Shown in pieces: positions 7,962-16,097 of a stretch of DNA of 64,000 nt. Every line of letters starts with the position of its first letter. Within the stretch, counting starts at the first letter, position 1. The DNA is from Solirubrobacterales bacterium (GTDB lineage: Bacteria > Actinomycetota > Thermoleophilia > Solirubrobacterales > 70-9), in assembly GCA_035605695.1 (NCBI GenBank), contig DATNGZ010000017.1, forward strand, positions 14,454 through 78,453. Direction: 5' to 3'. A program made the position numbers and the translations under genes. The notes beneath the pieces were generated by a model. The model made no database searches. It was not told the origin of the DNA and saw nothing but the letters and a program-made list of their open reading frames with translations.

Positions 7962-8552
7962 GTGCAAAATCCTCCCCCTTTCCCGCGTTTCCATACCGTG
8001 GACGCAGTCAGCCAGCAGGGGCAGCTTCTCGTCGGGCATAGATCCCCACAGGGCGCGCAGCCGGAACGGACGGCGCCCGGCGAAGCCAACAGCGAGCGGA
8101 AGCAGCGGATTTTCCGCCTGCCATTGCTTCGCGGTAGATCTGGGCTGACGCTTCCGCTCGATAGGGCCAGCCGAGACGAACGCGCCGAGGAGAGGGAGCG
8201 CGAAAAGCGGCTGGTCGCGGTCGAGGCAGCGGAGCAGGCTTTCTACCGGACGCCGGCGGGGCGGGCGCGGCTCGCCTACAGGCGAGGCCATCGCCTCTTC
8301 CAGTACGAACTTGAGATCAACGAGCTGCCGCCAACGGTTGTCCCGGGCCTGGCCGGCGCGCCCGCCCTGGTGACCACCGATCCGGTCGACATCCTCAACT
8401 CGGTGACGGTCGAGGGCTGGAAGCTGGTCACCGGAAAGTTCATCCACTCCGAGATGCGCAACGGAGCTGTCGGTTGCTACCTCTTCAAGCGCTCGCAGAA
8501 ACGCCGCCTCTCGATGAACAACCCCTGGCAGGACCCTCGCGTCGTCAGCTGA
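7962..8552 (+). CDS. Hypothetical protein (start uncertain)
   Basis: The C-terminal ~120 aa (AFYRTPAGRARLAYRRGHRLFQYELEINE...VEGWKLVTGKFIHSE...GCYLFKR) have coding-like high third-position GC. The N-terminal ~60 aa are low-complexity with rare codons (AGA, AGG). Alternative in-frame starts are GTG 7998 and TTG 8124. Confidence 0.5.
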   Translation: MQNPPPFPRFHTVDAVSQQGQLLVGHRSPQGAQPERTAPGEANSERKQRIFRLPLLRGRSGLTLPLDRASRDERAEEREREKRLVAVEAAEQAFYRTPAGRARLAYRRGHRLFQYELEINELPPTVVPGLAGAPALVTTDPVDILNSVTVEGWKLVTGKFIHSEMRNGAVGCYLFKRSQKRRLSMNNPWQDPRVVS

Positions 8553-8570
8553 GCACGCAGTTCGCCGCTC

Positions 8571-10040
8571 TCAGGAATGGTCGTAGGGCACGTGCCAGCG
8601 GCGTGGCGTGAGTAGATCATCGACCGGCTCGGGTCCCCATGAACCCGGCTCGTAGGGTCGCAGCGGGGAGGGATCGCGCACGACCGGGTCGGCCACTTCC
8701 CAGAGCCGCTCGATCGCTTCGGAGGTCGTGAAGAGCGTGCGGTCGCCGACCATGACGTCGTGGATCAGCCGCTCGTAGGCGTCCAGCGCCTGCTGGGACC
8801 CGCCCAAGCTGTCCGCATAGCTGAAACGCATGTGGCCTTCGCCTAGCCGCAGCGCCGGCCCGGGAACCTTGGCGAGGAAGGAGGCCTCGATGCTACCGGG
8901 GTCGCCAAGCTCGAAGGTCAGGTGGTCGTGGCCGAACGCCTCGGCAATCTGGGTGCAATCGAGCGGGAACATCCGCCGCGGGGGTTGGGAGAAGGCGACC
9001 GTGAGCACGTGGTGGTCCTCGGCCATGCGCTTGCCGGAGCGCAGGTAGAAGGGGACGCCCTCCCAGCGCCAGTTGTCGACGAAGGCGCGCAGGGCGACGA
9101 AGGTCTCGGTGTCGGAGTCCGCCGCGACCCCCTCCTCGTCGCTATAGCCGTCGTACTGGCCGCGAACCACGTCGCCGGGCGCGAGCGGCACCATCGAATC
9201 GAAGACCTTGCCCCGCTCCGCCATCAGCGCCTTGGCGTTGAGCGAGGTCGGCGGCTCCATCGCGATGAAGCTGAGCACCTGGAAGAGATGGGTGACGATC
9301 ATGTCGCGGAAGGCGCCGGTTTCCTCGTAGAAACTCCCCCGCATCCCAATCGAAAGCGTCTCCGGGACGTCGATCTGGATGTGATCGATGTGGTTGCGGT
9401 TCCAGACCGGCTCGAACATCCCGTTGGCGAAGCGCATCGCCAGCAGGTTCTGCACCGCCTCGCGGCCGAGGTAGTGGTCGATGCGGAAGACCTGCTCCTC
9501 CTCGAAGACCGAGTGGACGAGCGCGTCGAGCTCACGTGCCGAGGCGAGATCGCGGCCGAACGGCTTCTCCATGATCACCCGGGCGCCACTGCCGAGACTA
9601 AGCCGACCGATCCCCTCGATCACGCCCGCGTATGCGGCCGGCGGCAGCGAGAGGTAGTGGAGGAGCTCGGCGCCGTCGGCAAGCTCGTCCCTGGCCCCTG
9701 CGACGACCTCGCCAAGGTCCTCGAATCCGTCACCGAGCGTGGCGCTGCGCAGGCTCGCCACGAAGCGGTCCAAGGACTCTCCCGGTTCTGGCCTGCGCCC
9801 GGAATTGCAGACCGCGTCGCGCACAAGGGTGACGAACTCCTCGTCGCTGAGGCCGGCCCGCGAGGCGCCGATCAGCGCGAAGCGCTCCGGCATAAGACCC
9901 GCCTCGAAGAGGTGGAAGATCCCGGGCAGCAGCTTGCGCTTCGCCAGATCCCCGGTCGCCCCGAAGAGCACGATTACCTGATCGTGCGGAATCGTCGGCG
10001 ATGCCGCCGTCCTTGGCGCCTCTGCGACGTTGACCGCCAT
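8571..10040 (-). CDS. zwf: Glucose-6-phosphate 1-dehydrogenase
   Basis: Contains VLFGATGDLAKRKLLPGIF (the NADP site) and RIDHYLGREAVQNLLAMRFANGMFEPVWN (the active-site signature). I chose the ATG at 10040 (MAVNVAE...) because the longer ORF to 10271 would overlap the upstream sigma gene. Confidence 0.93.
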   Translation of the reverse strand: MAVNVAEAPRTAASPTIPHDQVIVLFGATGDLAKRKLLPGIFHLFEAGLMPERFALIGASRAGLSDEEFVTLVRDAVCNSGRRPEPGESLDRFVASLRSATLGDGFEDLGEVVAGARDELADGAELLHYLSLPPAAYAGVIEGIGRLSLGSGARVIMEKPFGRDLASARELDALVHSVFEEEQVFRIDHYLGREAVQNLLAMRFANGMFEPVWNRNHIDHIQIDVPETLSIGMRGSFYEETGAFRDMIVTHLFQVLSFIAMEPPTSLNAKALMAERGKVFDSMVPLAPGDVVRGQYDGYSDEEGVAADSDTETFVALRAFVDNWRWEGVPFYLRSGKRMAEDHHVLTVAFSQPPRRMFPLDCTQIAEAFGHDHLTFELGDPGSIEASFLAKVPGPALRLGEGHMRFSYADSLGGSQQALDAYERLIHDVMVGDRTLFTTSEAIERLWEVADPVVRDPSPLRPYEPGSWGPEPVDDLLTPRRWHVPYDHS

Positions 10041-10071
10041 CACCTCAGCCTTGCAGAACTGGCCCGCGGGC

Positions 10072-11232
10072 TCAGGCCACTTCGGCCAGGCGGCGGGAGA
10101 GAAAGCGGCGGTCCGGTTCTGAGTGGGCCAGCTCAAGCGCGCGCTCGTAGGCGGCGCGGGCCTCGGCGGCGCGACCGAGGCGGCGCAGGAAATCGGCGCG
10201 GGTTGAGTGGAGGTAGGGGTAGGAGTCCAGGCCGAGGTTCTCGATCGCCTCCAGGCCAGCCTCGGGGCCATCGGTTTCAGCCACCGCCACGGCTCGGTTC
10301 AGCGCGACGACCGGTGAGTCGGTGAGCCGGGTCAACTCGCCGTAGAGGGCGGCGATCTGCGGCCAGTCGCGGGGCTCGTCGGCGTGGAGTGACGCGATCG
10401 CGGCCTGCACCACGTAGGGACCGCGGCCACGCAGGGCAAAAGCGCGGCCGAGCGAAACACGCCCCTCCGCGATTCGGGCCGCGTCCCAGAGCGACCGATC
10501 TTGATCGGCCAGGAGCACCAGGTCGCCGTCGCGAAAGCGCGCCTCGCGGCGAGCCTCGAGCAGCAGCATCATCGCCAGCAGTCCGTGGACCTCGGGCTCG
10601 TCGGGCATCAGCTCGGCCAGCGCCCGGCCAAACCTAAGCGCCTCGGTCGCGAGCTCGCCGCGACCGCCGTAGCCCTCGTTGAAGATCAGGTAGACCACGG
10701 CAAGCACGGCGACGGTACGGTCGGGGAGCAGGTGATCGGGTGGCACTCGAAAGGGGATGCCGGCGGCCTTGATCTTCTTCTTGGCGCGGACCAGGCGCTT
10801 CGCCATCGTCTCCCGGGGGACGACGAAGGCCCGGGCGATCTCGTCCGTGCCGAGGCCGCCGAGCGTGCGCAGGGTGAGCGCGACCTGGGCCTCGGTCGAG
10901 AGCGCCGGGTGACAGCAGGTGAAGATCAGCTCCAAGCGCTCATCGGGGAAGACTGTCTCTTCGAGCTCGTCTTCCACGGCCCGCGGCACCTCCAGCAGCT
11001 TCGTCTTGTCGGCGAGCGTCCGCTCACGGCGGATGCGGTCGATCGCGCGGTTGCGGGCGGTGGCGATCAGCCAGGCCGCCGGGTTCGCCGGCGTGCCTTC
11101 GTGTGGCCAGCGCTCAGCGGCGATCGCGAACGCGTCCTGGGCGGCCTCCTCGGCGAGGTCGAAGTCGCCGAGGAGGCCGATCAGGGTGGCGAGGACGCGG
11201 CCCCACTGCTCGCGGAAGACCCGCTCGGTCAG
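10072..11232 (-). CDS. ECF-type RNA polymerase sigma factor with a long C-terminal (TPR-like) extension
   Basis: Region 4 is QVALTLRTLGGLGTDEIARAFVVPRETMAKRLVRAKKKI. Region 2 (FREQWGRVLATLIGLLGDFDLAEEAAQDAFAIAAERWP...AWLIATARNRAIDRIRRE) is in the same frame but upstream of the first canonical start (10989). I extended the gene to the CTG at 11232, which overlaps the YCII stop. Confidence 0.85.
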   Translation of the reverse strand: MTERVFREQWGRVLATLIGLLGDFDLAEEAAQDAFAIAAERWPHEGTPANPAAWLIATARNRAIDRIRRERTLADKTKLLEVPRAVEDELEETVFPDERLELIFTCCHPALSTEAQVALTLRTLGGLGTDEIARAFVVPRETMAKRLVRAKKKIKAAGIPFRVPPDHLLPDRTVAVLAVVYLIFNEGYGGRGELATEALRFGRALAELMPDEPEVHGLLAMMLLLEARREARFRDGDLVLLADQDRSLWDAARIAEGRVSLGRAFALRGRGPYVVQAAIASLHADEPRDWPQIAALYGELTRLTDSPVVALNRAVAVAETDGPEAGLEAIENLGLDSYPYLHSTRADFLRRLGRAAEARAAYERALELAHSEPDRRFLSRRLAEVA

Positions 11233-11585
11233 CTCTCCACCACCGGACGAACCTCGATCCCACCGCCCATGCTGGCGGCGGGGATCTTCGCCGCCAGCTC
11301 GATCGCGGCATCGAGATCGTCCGCCTCGAAGAAGAGGTAGCCGCCAAGCGCCTCCTTGGTCTCGACGAAGGGGCCGTCGGTGGTTAGCGTCTGTCCGTCC
11401 TGGACCCGCACCGTGGTAGCGGTCTCAGGCGGCTGCATCCGCACCCCGGACTCGACGCCGGGCGTTTCGTTGATCTGCTGGTAGGCGCCGTAAACGGCCC
11501 CCTGCTCCTCCTTGGAAAGGCCGTCCCACGCCTCCGACCCCGGCAGCGGAGTAGTGCCCTGGTGAATCAGCAGCATGTACTTCAT
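11229..11585 (-). CDS. YCII-related (DGPF-domain) protein
   Basis: 118 aa: MKYMLLIHQ..., TDGPFVETKEALGGYLFFEADDLDAAIELAAKIP. AAGGAGG lies 4 nt upstream of the ATG. Confidence 0.85.
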   Translation of the reverse strand: MKYMLLIHQGTTPLPGSEAWDGLSKEEQGAVYGAYQQINETPGVESGVRMQPPETATTVRVQDGQTLTTDGPFVETKEALGGYLFFEADDLDAAIELAAKIPAASMGGGIEVRPVVES

Positions 11586-11676
11586 CGTTCCTCCTTGAGA
11601 GAGTGCCTTTGCCTCTAAGACGAACGGGAAACCCTCAAATGGACAGGCGCCTGAAGTTTCGCCCTCGAGAGGGGCA

Positions 11677-11747
11677 AGGCGCCCACCGGAATCGAACCGG
11701 TGTAAACGGCTTTGCAGGCCGCTGCGTAACCACTCCGCCAGGGCGCC
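11677..11747 (-). tRNA. tRNA-Cys (anticodon GCA)
   Basis: The reverse complement GGCGCCCTGGCGGAGTGGTTACGCAGCGGCCTGCAAAGCCGTTTACACCGGTTCGATTCCGGTGGGCGCCT is a 71-nt cloverleaf. The anticodon loop is CTGCAAA and the discriminator is U73, as expected for Cys. Confidence 0.9.
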
Positions 11748-11777
11748 GGGGCGATGAAGGGTAGCGGCGTCGGGTGA

Positions 11778-12566
11778 CTAGGCGGCGCGCTGCTCGGGAC
11801 CGGCTTCGTCGTCGATGTCGAGGACGACGTTGTCGTCCGCCGTGCGGCGGACGTGGAAGTCGAGTGGAGAGCGCTGCTCGAGCTCGTGGAGCAGGTCGGT
11901 TGGCTCGCTGAGGCGCATCGAGAGCGTCGCCCGGCCCTCGGAGAAGCGCTCGACCGAGATCTCGGAGGTGGCGCCGATCTGGCCGGCCGCGTCCTCGAAG
12001 CCGACGAGCTGGGAGAAGTCGTCGAGCGGGCCGATCTCAACTTTGACCAGACCCTCGAAGACGTCTCGCGCGGTCGGCGCGGCGTGACCGTTGCCGTTGC
12101 CGTTTGGGGCACTCGGCGCGGGGTCGCCGACAGCCTGCGCATCGCTCAGCTCCTGGGCCCGGCGGCCAACCTCGACCGCCTCGCGCAGCGCCTTCATCCG
12201 GATCCGCGTCGCCTGGCCGCGGGCCTGAGCCTGGATCTCCTCGAGGCGGGCCGAGACCGACTCCAGTGAGGCGACGTTGCGGTCGTGGCGTTCGTTGGCC
12301 TCGCCCAGGCGCTCGAGCAGACCGCGGATCTCGCGCTCGCGCTCGATCACCATCGCCGAGAGCGAGCCAAGCTCTTGCTCTGCCTGGGTGACAGCTTCTT
12401 CGGACTCGCGGCAACGCGCGAGCGACTCCTTCGCATCGCGCTCCAAAGCCCAGTTTCGCGCGTCCCGCAAAGCAAGCGCCGCATCGACTTCGGTGCGACG
12501 GTAGCCGAGGAACGACCGCTTGAAGCTACCCATGCGCGGCACCGTAGAGGTGCCCTCGGACGCCAT
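11778..12566 (-). CDS. DivIVA-domain protein (cell-division/polar-growth coiled-coil protein)
   Basis: FKRSFLGYRRTEVDAAL is followed by long coiled-coil heptad-like sequence. An alternative start is the ATG at 12533 (MGSFKRS...), which would reduce the overlap with rsfS. Confidence 0.75.
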   Translation of the reverse strand: MASEGTSTVPRMGSFKRSFLGYRRTEVDAALALRDARNWALERDAKESLARCRESEEAVTQAEQELGSLSAMVIEREREIRGLLERLGEANERHDRNVASLESVSARLEEIQAQARGQATRIRMKALREAVEVGRRAQELSDAQAVGDPAPSAPNGNGNGHAAPTARDVFEGLVKVEIGPLDDFSQLVGFEDAAGQIGATSEISVERFSEGRATLSMRLSEPTDLLHELEQRSPLDFHVRRTADDNVVLDIDDEAGPEQRAA

Positions 12567-12939
12567 CTTGTGAAGCCTGAAACTCGAGCTTCGGCGCCTC
12601 GCGCCAAAGATCCTCCAGCTGGTAACGCTGCCGCTCTTCCTCGGTAAAGACGTGGAGCACGCAATCGAGGTAGTCGAGGACGATCCAGCCGGCCGCCTCG
12701 GCCGCCTCGGCGCCGGCGGGCAGCAGTTCCTGCTCCTGCTTGAGGCGCAGCTTCACCTCATCGGCAATCGCCCGCGCCTGACGCTCGTTGCGGGCGGTGC
12801 AGATCGTCAAGAAGTCGGTGTAGGAGACGAGCCCGCGCATGTCGAGGACGATGATCTCGGTCGCGGCTTTGGCGTCGGCCAGCTCGGCGAAGCGCAACGC
12901 CAGCGTCTGCGAGTAGGCGGGCGGGCGCTCGGCGCTCAT
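12526..12939 (-). CDS. rsfS: Ribosome silencing factor RsfS (Iojap family)
   Basis: Contains IVLDMRGLVSYTDFLTICTARNERQARAIADEV and WIVLDYLDCVLHVFTEEERQRYQLEDLW. Confidence 0.9.
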   Translation of the reverse strand: MSAERPPAYSQTLALRFAELADAKAATEIIVLDMRGLVSYTDFLTICTARNERQARAIADEVKLRLKQEQELLPAGAEAAEAAGWIVLDYLDCVLHVFTEEERQRYQLEDLWREAPKLEFQASQDGVRGHLYGAAHG

Positions 12940-13547
12940 GCGTAGATCCCCTTCTCTTCGATGAAGCGGGCCACTGGCTCGGGTACGAGATAGCGCAGCG
13001 GCCGACCCGCCGCCGCTCGCTCGCGCACAGCAGAGGAGGAGACGCCGAATTGCGGCATCTCCAGCATCGTCGCCCGGCCCTCGGCGCCGAGGCTGCGCAA
13101 TACCGCGGCGACGTCGGCCTCGGAAATCCCGGCTCGGCGGGCGACGGCGAGGCGCGCCAGCTCGGTTACTCGCTGCGGCTCGCGCCAGCTCTCCAGGCCC
13201 ACGGCGGCGTCCGCCCCCATCACGAACACCAGCTCCCTGTCGCCTCGGTCTTTTGCAAGCAGCTGCAAGGTCTCATACGTATAGGACGGTCCATCGCGCT
13301 CGACCTCCAGGGTCGAAACCGAGAAGCGCGAGTCATCGGCCGCGGCCAGGCGCGTCATCGCCAGACGGAGCTCGCGGCCCGGGTCTTCGGATATCCGCTT
13401 GTGCGGGGCCTGGCCAGTCGGAACGAGGATCACCTCATCGAGGTCAAGCTGCCAGAGAGCCTCCTGGGCAAGAGCCAGGTGACCAAGGTGCGGCGGGTTG
13501 AAGGCCGAGCCGAGAACCCCGATGCCGCCAGCGGAGGCGCTACTCAC
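12936..13547 (-). CDS. nadD: Nicotinate-nucleotide adenylyltransferase
   Basis: Contains GVLGSAFNPPHLGHLALAQEA (the (H/T)xGH motif) and the SSSAVRE motif. There is a 4-nt overlap with rsfS. Confidence 0.9.
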   Translation of the reverse strand: MSSASAGGIGVLGSAFNPPHLGHLALAQEALWQLDLDEVILVPTGQAPHKRISEDPGRELRLAMTRLAAADDSRFSVSTLEVERDGPSYTYETLQLLAKDRGDRELVFVMGADAAVGLESWREPQRVTELARLAVARRAGISEADVAAVLRSLGAEGRATMLEMPQFGVSSSAVRERAAAGRPLRYLVPEPVARFIEEKGIYA

Positions 13548-14808
13548 GTACTTGGCCGTCGCCGTGGACGACGTACTTGTAGGTCGTCAGCTCGCGCAAA
13601 CCGATCGGTCCACGCGCGTGCAGCTTCTGGGTCGAGTTGCCGATCTCGGCCCCCATGCCGAACTCGAAGCCATCGGTGAAGCGGGTCGAGGCGTTGGTGT
13701 AGACGACGGCGGCGTCAACAGCAGCGGTGAAACGCTCCGAAGCCTCGGCAGACGCGCTGACGATCGCCTCCGAGTGTCCGGTGCCGTGAGCGTTGACATG
13801 GTCGATCGCCTCGTCGAGCGAGTCGACGACGGCAACGGCCAGCTTCAAGTCGAGGTACTCGGCGTCCCAGTCCGCGTCGGTGGCCGCGCCGACATCGACC
13901 CCATCCGCCAGCTCGCGCACCCGCTCGTCGCCGGCCAGCTCGACACACGCCTCACGCAAATCGGCCAGCGCCGCCGGCAGGAAGTCCGCCGCCACGGCTG
14001 CGTCAACCAGCAACGTCTCCGCGGCGTTGCAGACGCCAGGGCGCTGCGTCTTCGCGTTAACCACGATCCGCCGCGCCATCTCCAAATCGGCGTCGGCGTG
14101 CACATACACGTGGCAGTTACCGGCAGCGGCGTAGATCACTGGCACCGTGGCAACGTCCTTCAAAGCCCTCTTCAGTCCCTCACCACCACGAGGAATCAGC
14201 AGGTCGACCACGCCGTCCTGCGTCGCCAGCTCAGCCAAATCGCCATGCCCCTCGCCAACCGGCAGCAGCAGTACAGCGTCCTCCGGCAGTCCAGCCTCAG
14301 CAAGGGCCTCGCGTGCCACTCCAGCCAACGCAGCGTTCGACCGCTCCGCGTAGTGAGACCCCCGCAGCACAATCGCGTTGCCGCTCTTGACCGTCAGCGC
14401 CGCACAATCGATCGTCACGTTGGGCCGCGCCTCGTAGACAACAGCGACGACACCGAGCGGCACCCTCAGCTTCCGCAAGCTCAGACCGCTCTCCAGCGAT
14501 TTCGCTTCAAGCTCCTCGCCGATCGGATCCTCAAGCCCAGCAACAGCTCGGACGCCTTCGGCCATTCCCGCGATCCGCTCCTCAGTCAACGTAAGCCGAT
14601 CACGCAGCGCCTGGGTCAAGCCCGAAGCTCGTTCATCGGCGAGATCGGCGGCGTTGGCTTCGAGAATCTCCGCGGACCTCTCGCTCAGAAGGCGAGCGGT
14701 CGCCTCCAGCGCCGCATCCTTGGCCGCGGTCGAAGCACTCGCAAGCTCCCGAGCAACTCGCCGAGAGGCGACGCAGATCTCCCCAACGTTTCTAGTCGTG
14801 ACAGCCAT
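13540..14808 (-). CDS. proA: Glutamate-5-semialdehyde dehydrogenase (gamma-glutamyl phosphate reductase)
   Basis: 422 aa of the aldehyde dehydrogenase fold: NAAETLLVD, GAEIGNSTQKLHARGPIGLRELTTYKYVV. Confidence 0.95.
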   Translation of the reverse strand: MAVTTRNVGEICVASRRVARELASASTAAKDAALEATARLLSERSAEILEANAADLADERASGLTQALRDRLTLTEERIAGMAEGVRAVAGLEDPIGEELEAKSLESGLSLRKLRVPLGVVAVVYEARPNVTIDCAALTVKSGNAIVLRGSHYAERSNAALAGVAREALAEAGLPEDAVLLLPVGEGHGDLAELATQDGVVDLLIPRGGEGLKRALKDVATVPVIYAAAGNCHVYVHADADLEMARRIVVNAKTQRPGVCNAAETLLVDAAVAADFLPAALADLREACVELAGDERVRELADGVDVGAATDADWDAEYLDLKLAVAVVDSLDEAIDHVNAHGTGHSEAIVSASAEASERFTAAVDAAVVYTNASTRFTDGFEFGMGAEIGNSTQKLHARGPIGLRELTTYKYVVHGDGQVRE

Positions 14809-14830
14809 GACCGCTAAGGGTAGCTACGAG

Positions 14831-14899
14831 GGCCGGGAGCCCCCTCCCAAAACACTCAAGAGCGGCTCCCGCCGCTCGTTTTGGGAGGGGCTCCCGGCC
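14831..14899. repeat. Family-A nested-palindrome element, copy 1 (proB-proA intergenic)
   Basis: The sequence is GGCCGGGAGCCCCCTCCCAAAAC-ACTCAA-GAGCGGC-TCCC-GCCGCTC-GTTTTGGGAGGGGCTCCCGGCC. The core is shared with 17911..17984. Confidence 0.75.
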
Positions 14900-14918
14900 C
14901 TCCCCCACCTTCCGCGCT

Positions 14919-16007
14919 CTACACCAGGACAAACCGATCCCGATGAATCACCTCATCGGCAGCATGCGGCATCCGCTCGCGCACCTCAGCGCTCTTCAGG
15001 CCAATCACCTCGGAAAGCTCGGCCGCCGAGTAGTCGACGATCCCCTTGCCGATGATCGAGCCGTTCACGGTCACATCGACGGCATCACCCGCCTGGAAGT
15101 CCCCCTCGACGTTGGTAATCCCGACCGGCAGCAAGCTCGAGCCGCTCTCGCGCAGGACCCGCGCCGCGCCGCCATCAACGACGAGCCGTCCGTGCGCCGG
15201 CTTCGCGTACTTGAGCCAGAGCTTGAAGCTCGAAGCCTTGGAATCCTGCGCCGCGAAGCGCGTCCCAACGGGATCTCCGGCAGCCGCAGCCGCCAGCGTC
15301 CCGCCGCTAGTGCCGTTGCAAATCGTCGCCACGATGCCGGCCTCGCTGGCCATCTCCGCCGCCGCGACCTTGCTCCGCATCCCCCCGGAGCCGAAGACCG
15401 AAGTCCGGTCGCCGATCTCCATCCCGGCCAGTTCGGAGAAGTCGGTGACGTCCGGGATCCGCTTCGCCTCGCGGTCGACCCCTGGGTCGGCGGTGAAGAG
15501 ACCGTCGGTGTTGGTCAGCAGGACGAGCAGCCGCGCGTCGAGCAGAATCGCCACCTGGGCGGCGAGGAAGTCGTTGTCGCCGAAGCTGATCTCGTCGGTC
15601 GCGGTGGTGTCGTTCTCGTTGACGACCGGCACCACCCCCCACTCGATCAGCCGCCGCAGCGTCTGGCGAGCGTTGAGGTAGTTGGTGCGAGCGGCGATGT
15701 CGGCCGCGGTGAGCAGCACCTGCGCGGACCGCGTGCCGTGCTCGGCCAAGCGGCTCTCGTAGGCCCGAAAGAGGTCGCCCTGGCCGACGGCGGAGGCCGC
15801 CTGCAGCTCATCCATCGCGCGCGGGCGCACCGGCAGTCCCATCAATCGCATCCCCCGCGCGATCGCGCCCGAGGTGACCATCACCACGCGCTCGCCGCCG
15901 CGCTCCAGCGTCGCGACCTGCTCGCAGACAGAATCGAGGACGTCCGTGCGCAGGTCACCGTCATCGGCGGCGACGATCGAGGAACCGAGCTTGACGACGA
16001 GGGTCAT
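14919..16007 (-). CDS. proB: Glutamate 5-kinase (with C-terminal PUA domain)
   Basis: Contains VVKLGSSIV, VMVTSGAIARG and ISFGDNDFLAA. The C-terminal PUA region includes LLPVGITNVEGDFQAGDAV. Confidence 0.95.
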   Translation of the reverse strand: MTLVVKLGSSIVAADDGDLRTDVLDSVCEQVATLERGGERVVMVTSGAIARGMRLMGLPVRPRAMDELQAASAVGQGDLFRAYESRLAEHGTRSAQVLLTAADIAARTNYLNARQTLRRLIEWGVVPVVNENDTTATDEISFGDNDFLAAQVAILLDARLLVLLTNTDGLFTADPGVDREAKRIPDVTDFSELAGMEIGDRTSVFGSGGMRSKVAAAEMASEAGIVATICNGTSGGTLAAAAAGDPVGTRFAAQDSKASSFKLWLKYAKPAHGRLVVDGGAARVLRESGSSLLPVGITNVEGDFQAGDAVDVTVNGSIIGKGIVDYSAAELSEVIGLKSAEVRERMPHAADEVIHRDRFVLV

Positions 16008-16097
16008 GGCCGCTCAAGTGTATGAGTCACCACCGGCACCGCCGAGCATTGACCTTCACGCTCTAGCACTGGCTGTGAAACTGCCGAAGATTAAGCA

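Noticed and set aside
7953-8447. 164-aa minus-strand ORF that would be neatly terminated by the 7862..7886 hairpin
   Set aside because: Across 8270..8447 the plus-strand frame has the coding-like high third-position GC and a sensible protein sequence. The minus-frame product is Arg/Pro-rich with no features. It remains possible that only its 3' part is meaningful, so the region is flagged as unassigned.
10041-10271. 77-codon N-terminal extension of the zwf ORF
   Set aside because: The extension is Pro/Ala/Ser/Thr-rich, would overlap the 3' end of the upstream sigma gene by 200 nt, and precedes the normal G6PDH N-terminus. The ATG at 10040 gives a standard-length protein.
8922-10325. 467-aa plus-strand ORF antisense to zwf and the sigma factor gene
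   Set aside because: The product is low-complexity and has no motifs. The opposite strand encodes unmistakable G6PDH signatures.
14846-14870. ACTCAAG in the family-A core resembling a half-site of the HspR HAIR operator (CTTGAGT-N7-ACTCAAG)
   Set aside because: Only one half-site is present, with no CTTGAGT at the required spacing, and the flanking genes are not heat-shock genes.
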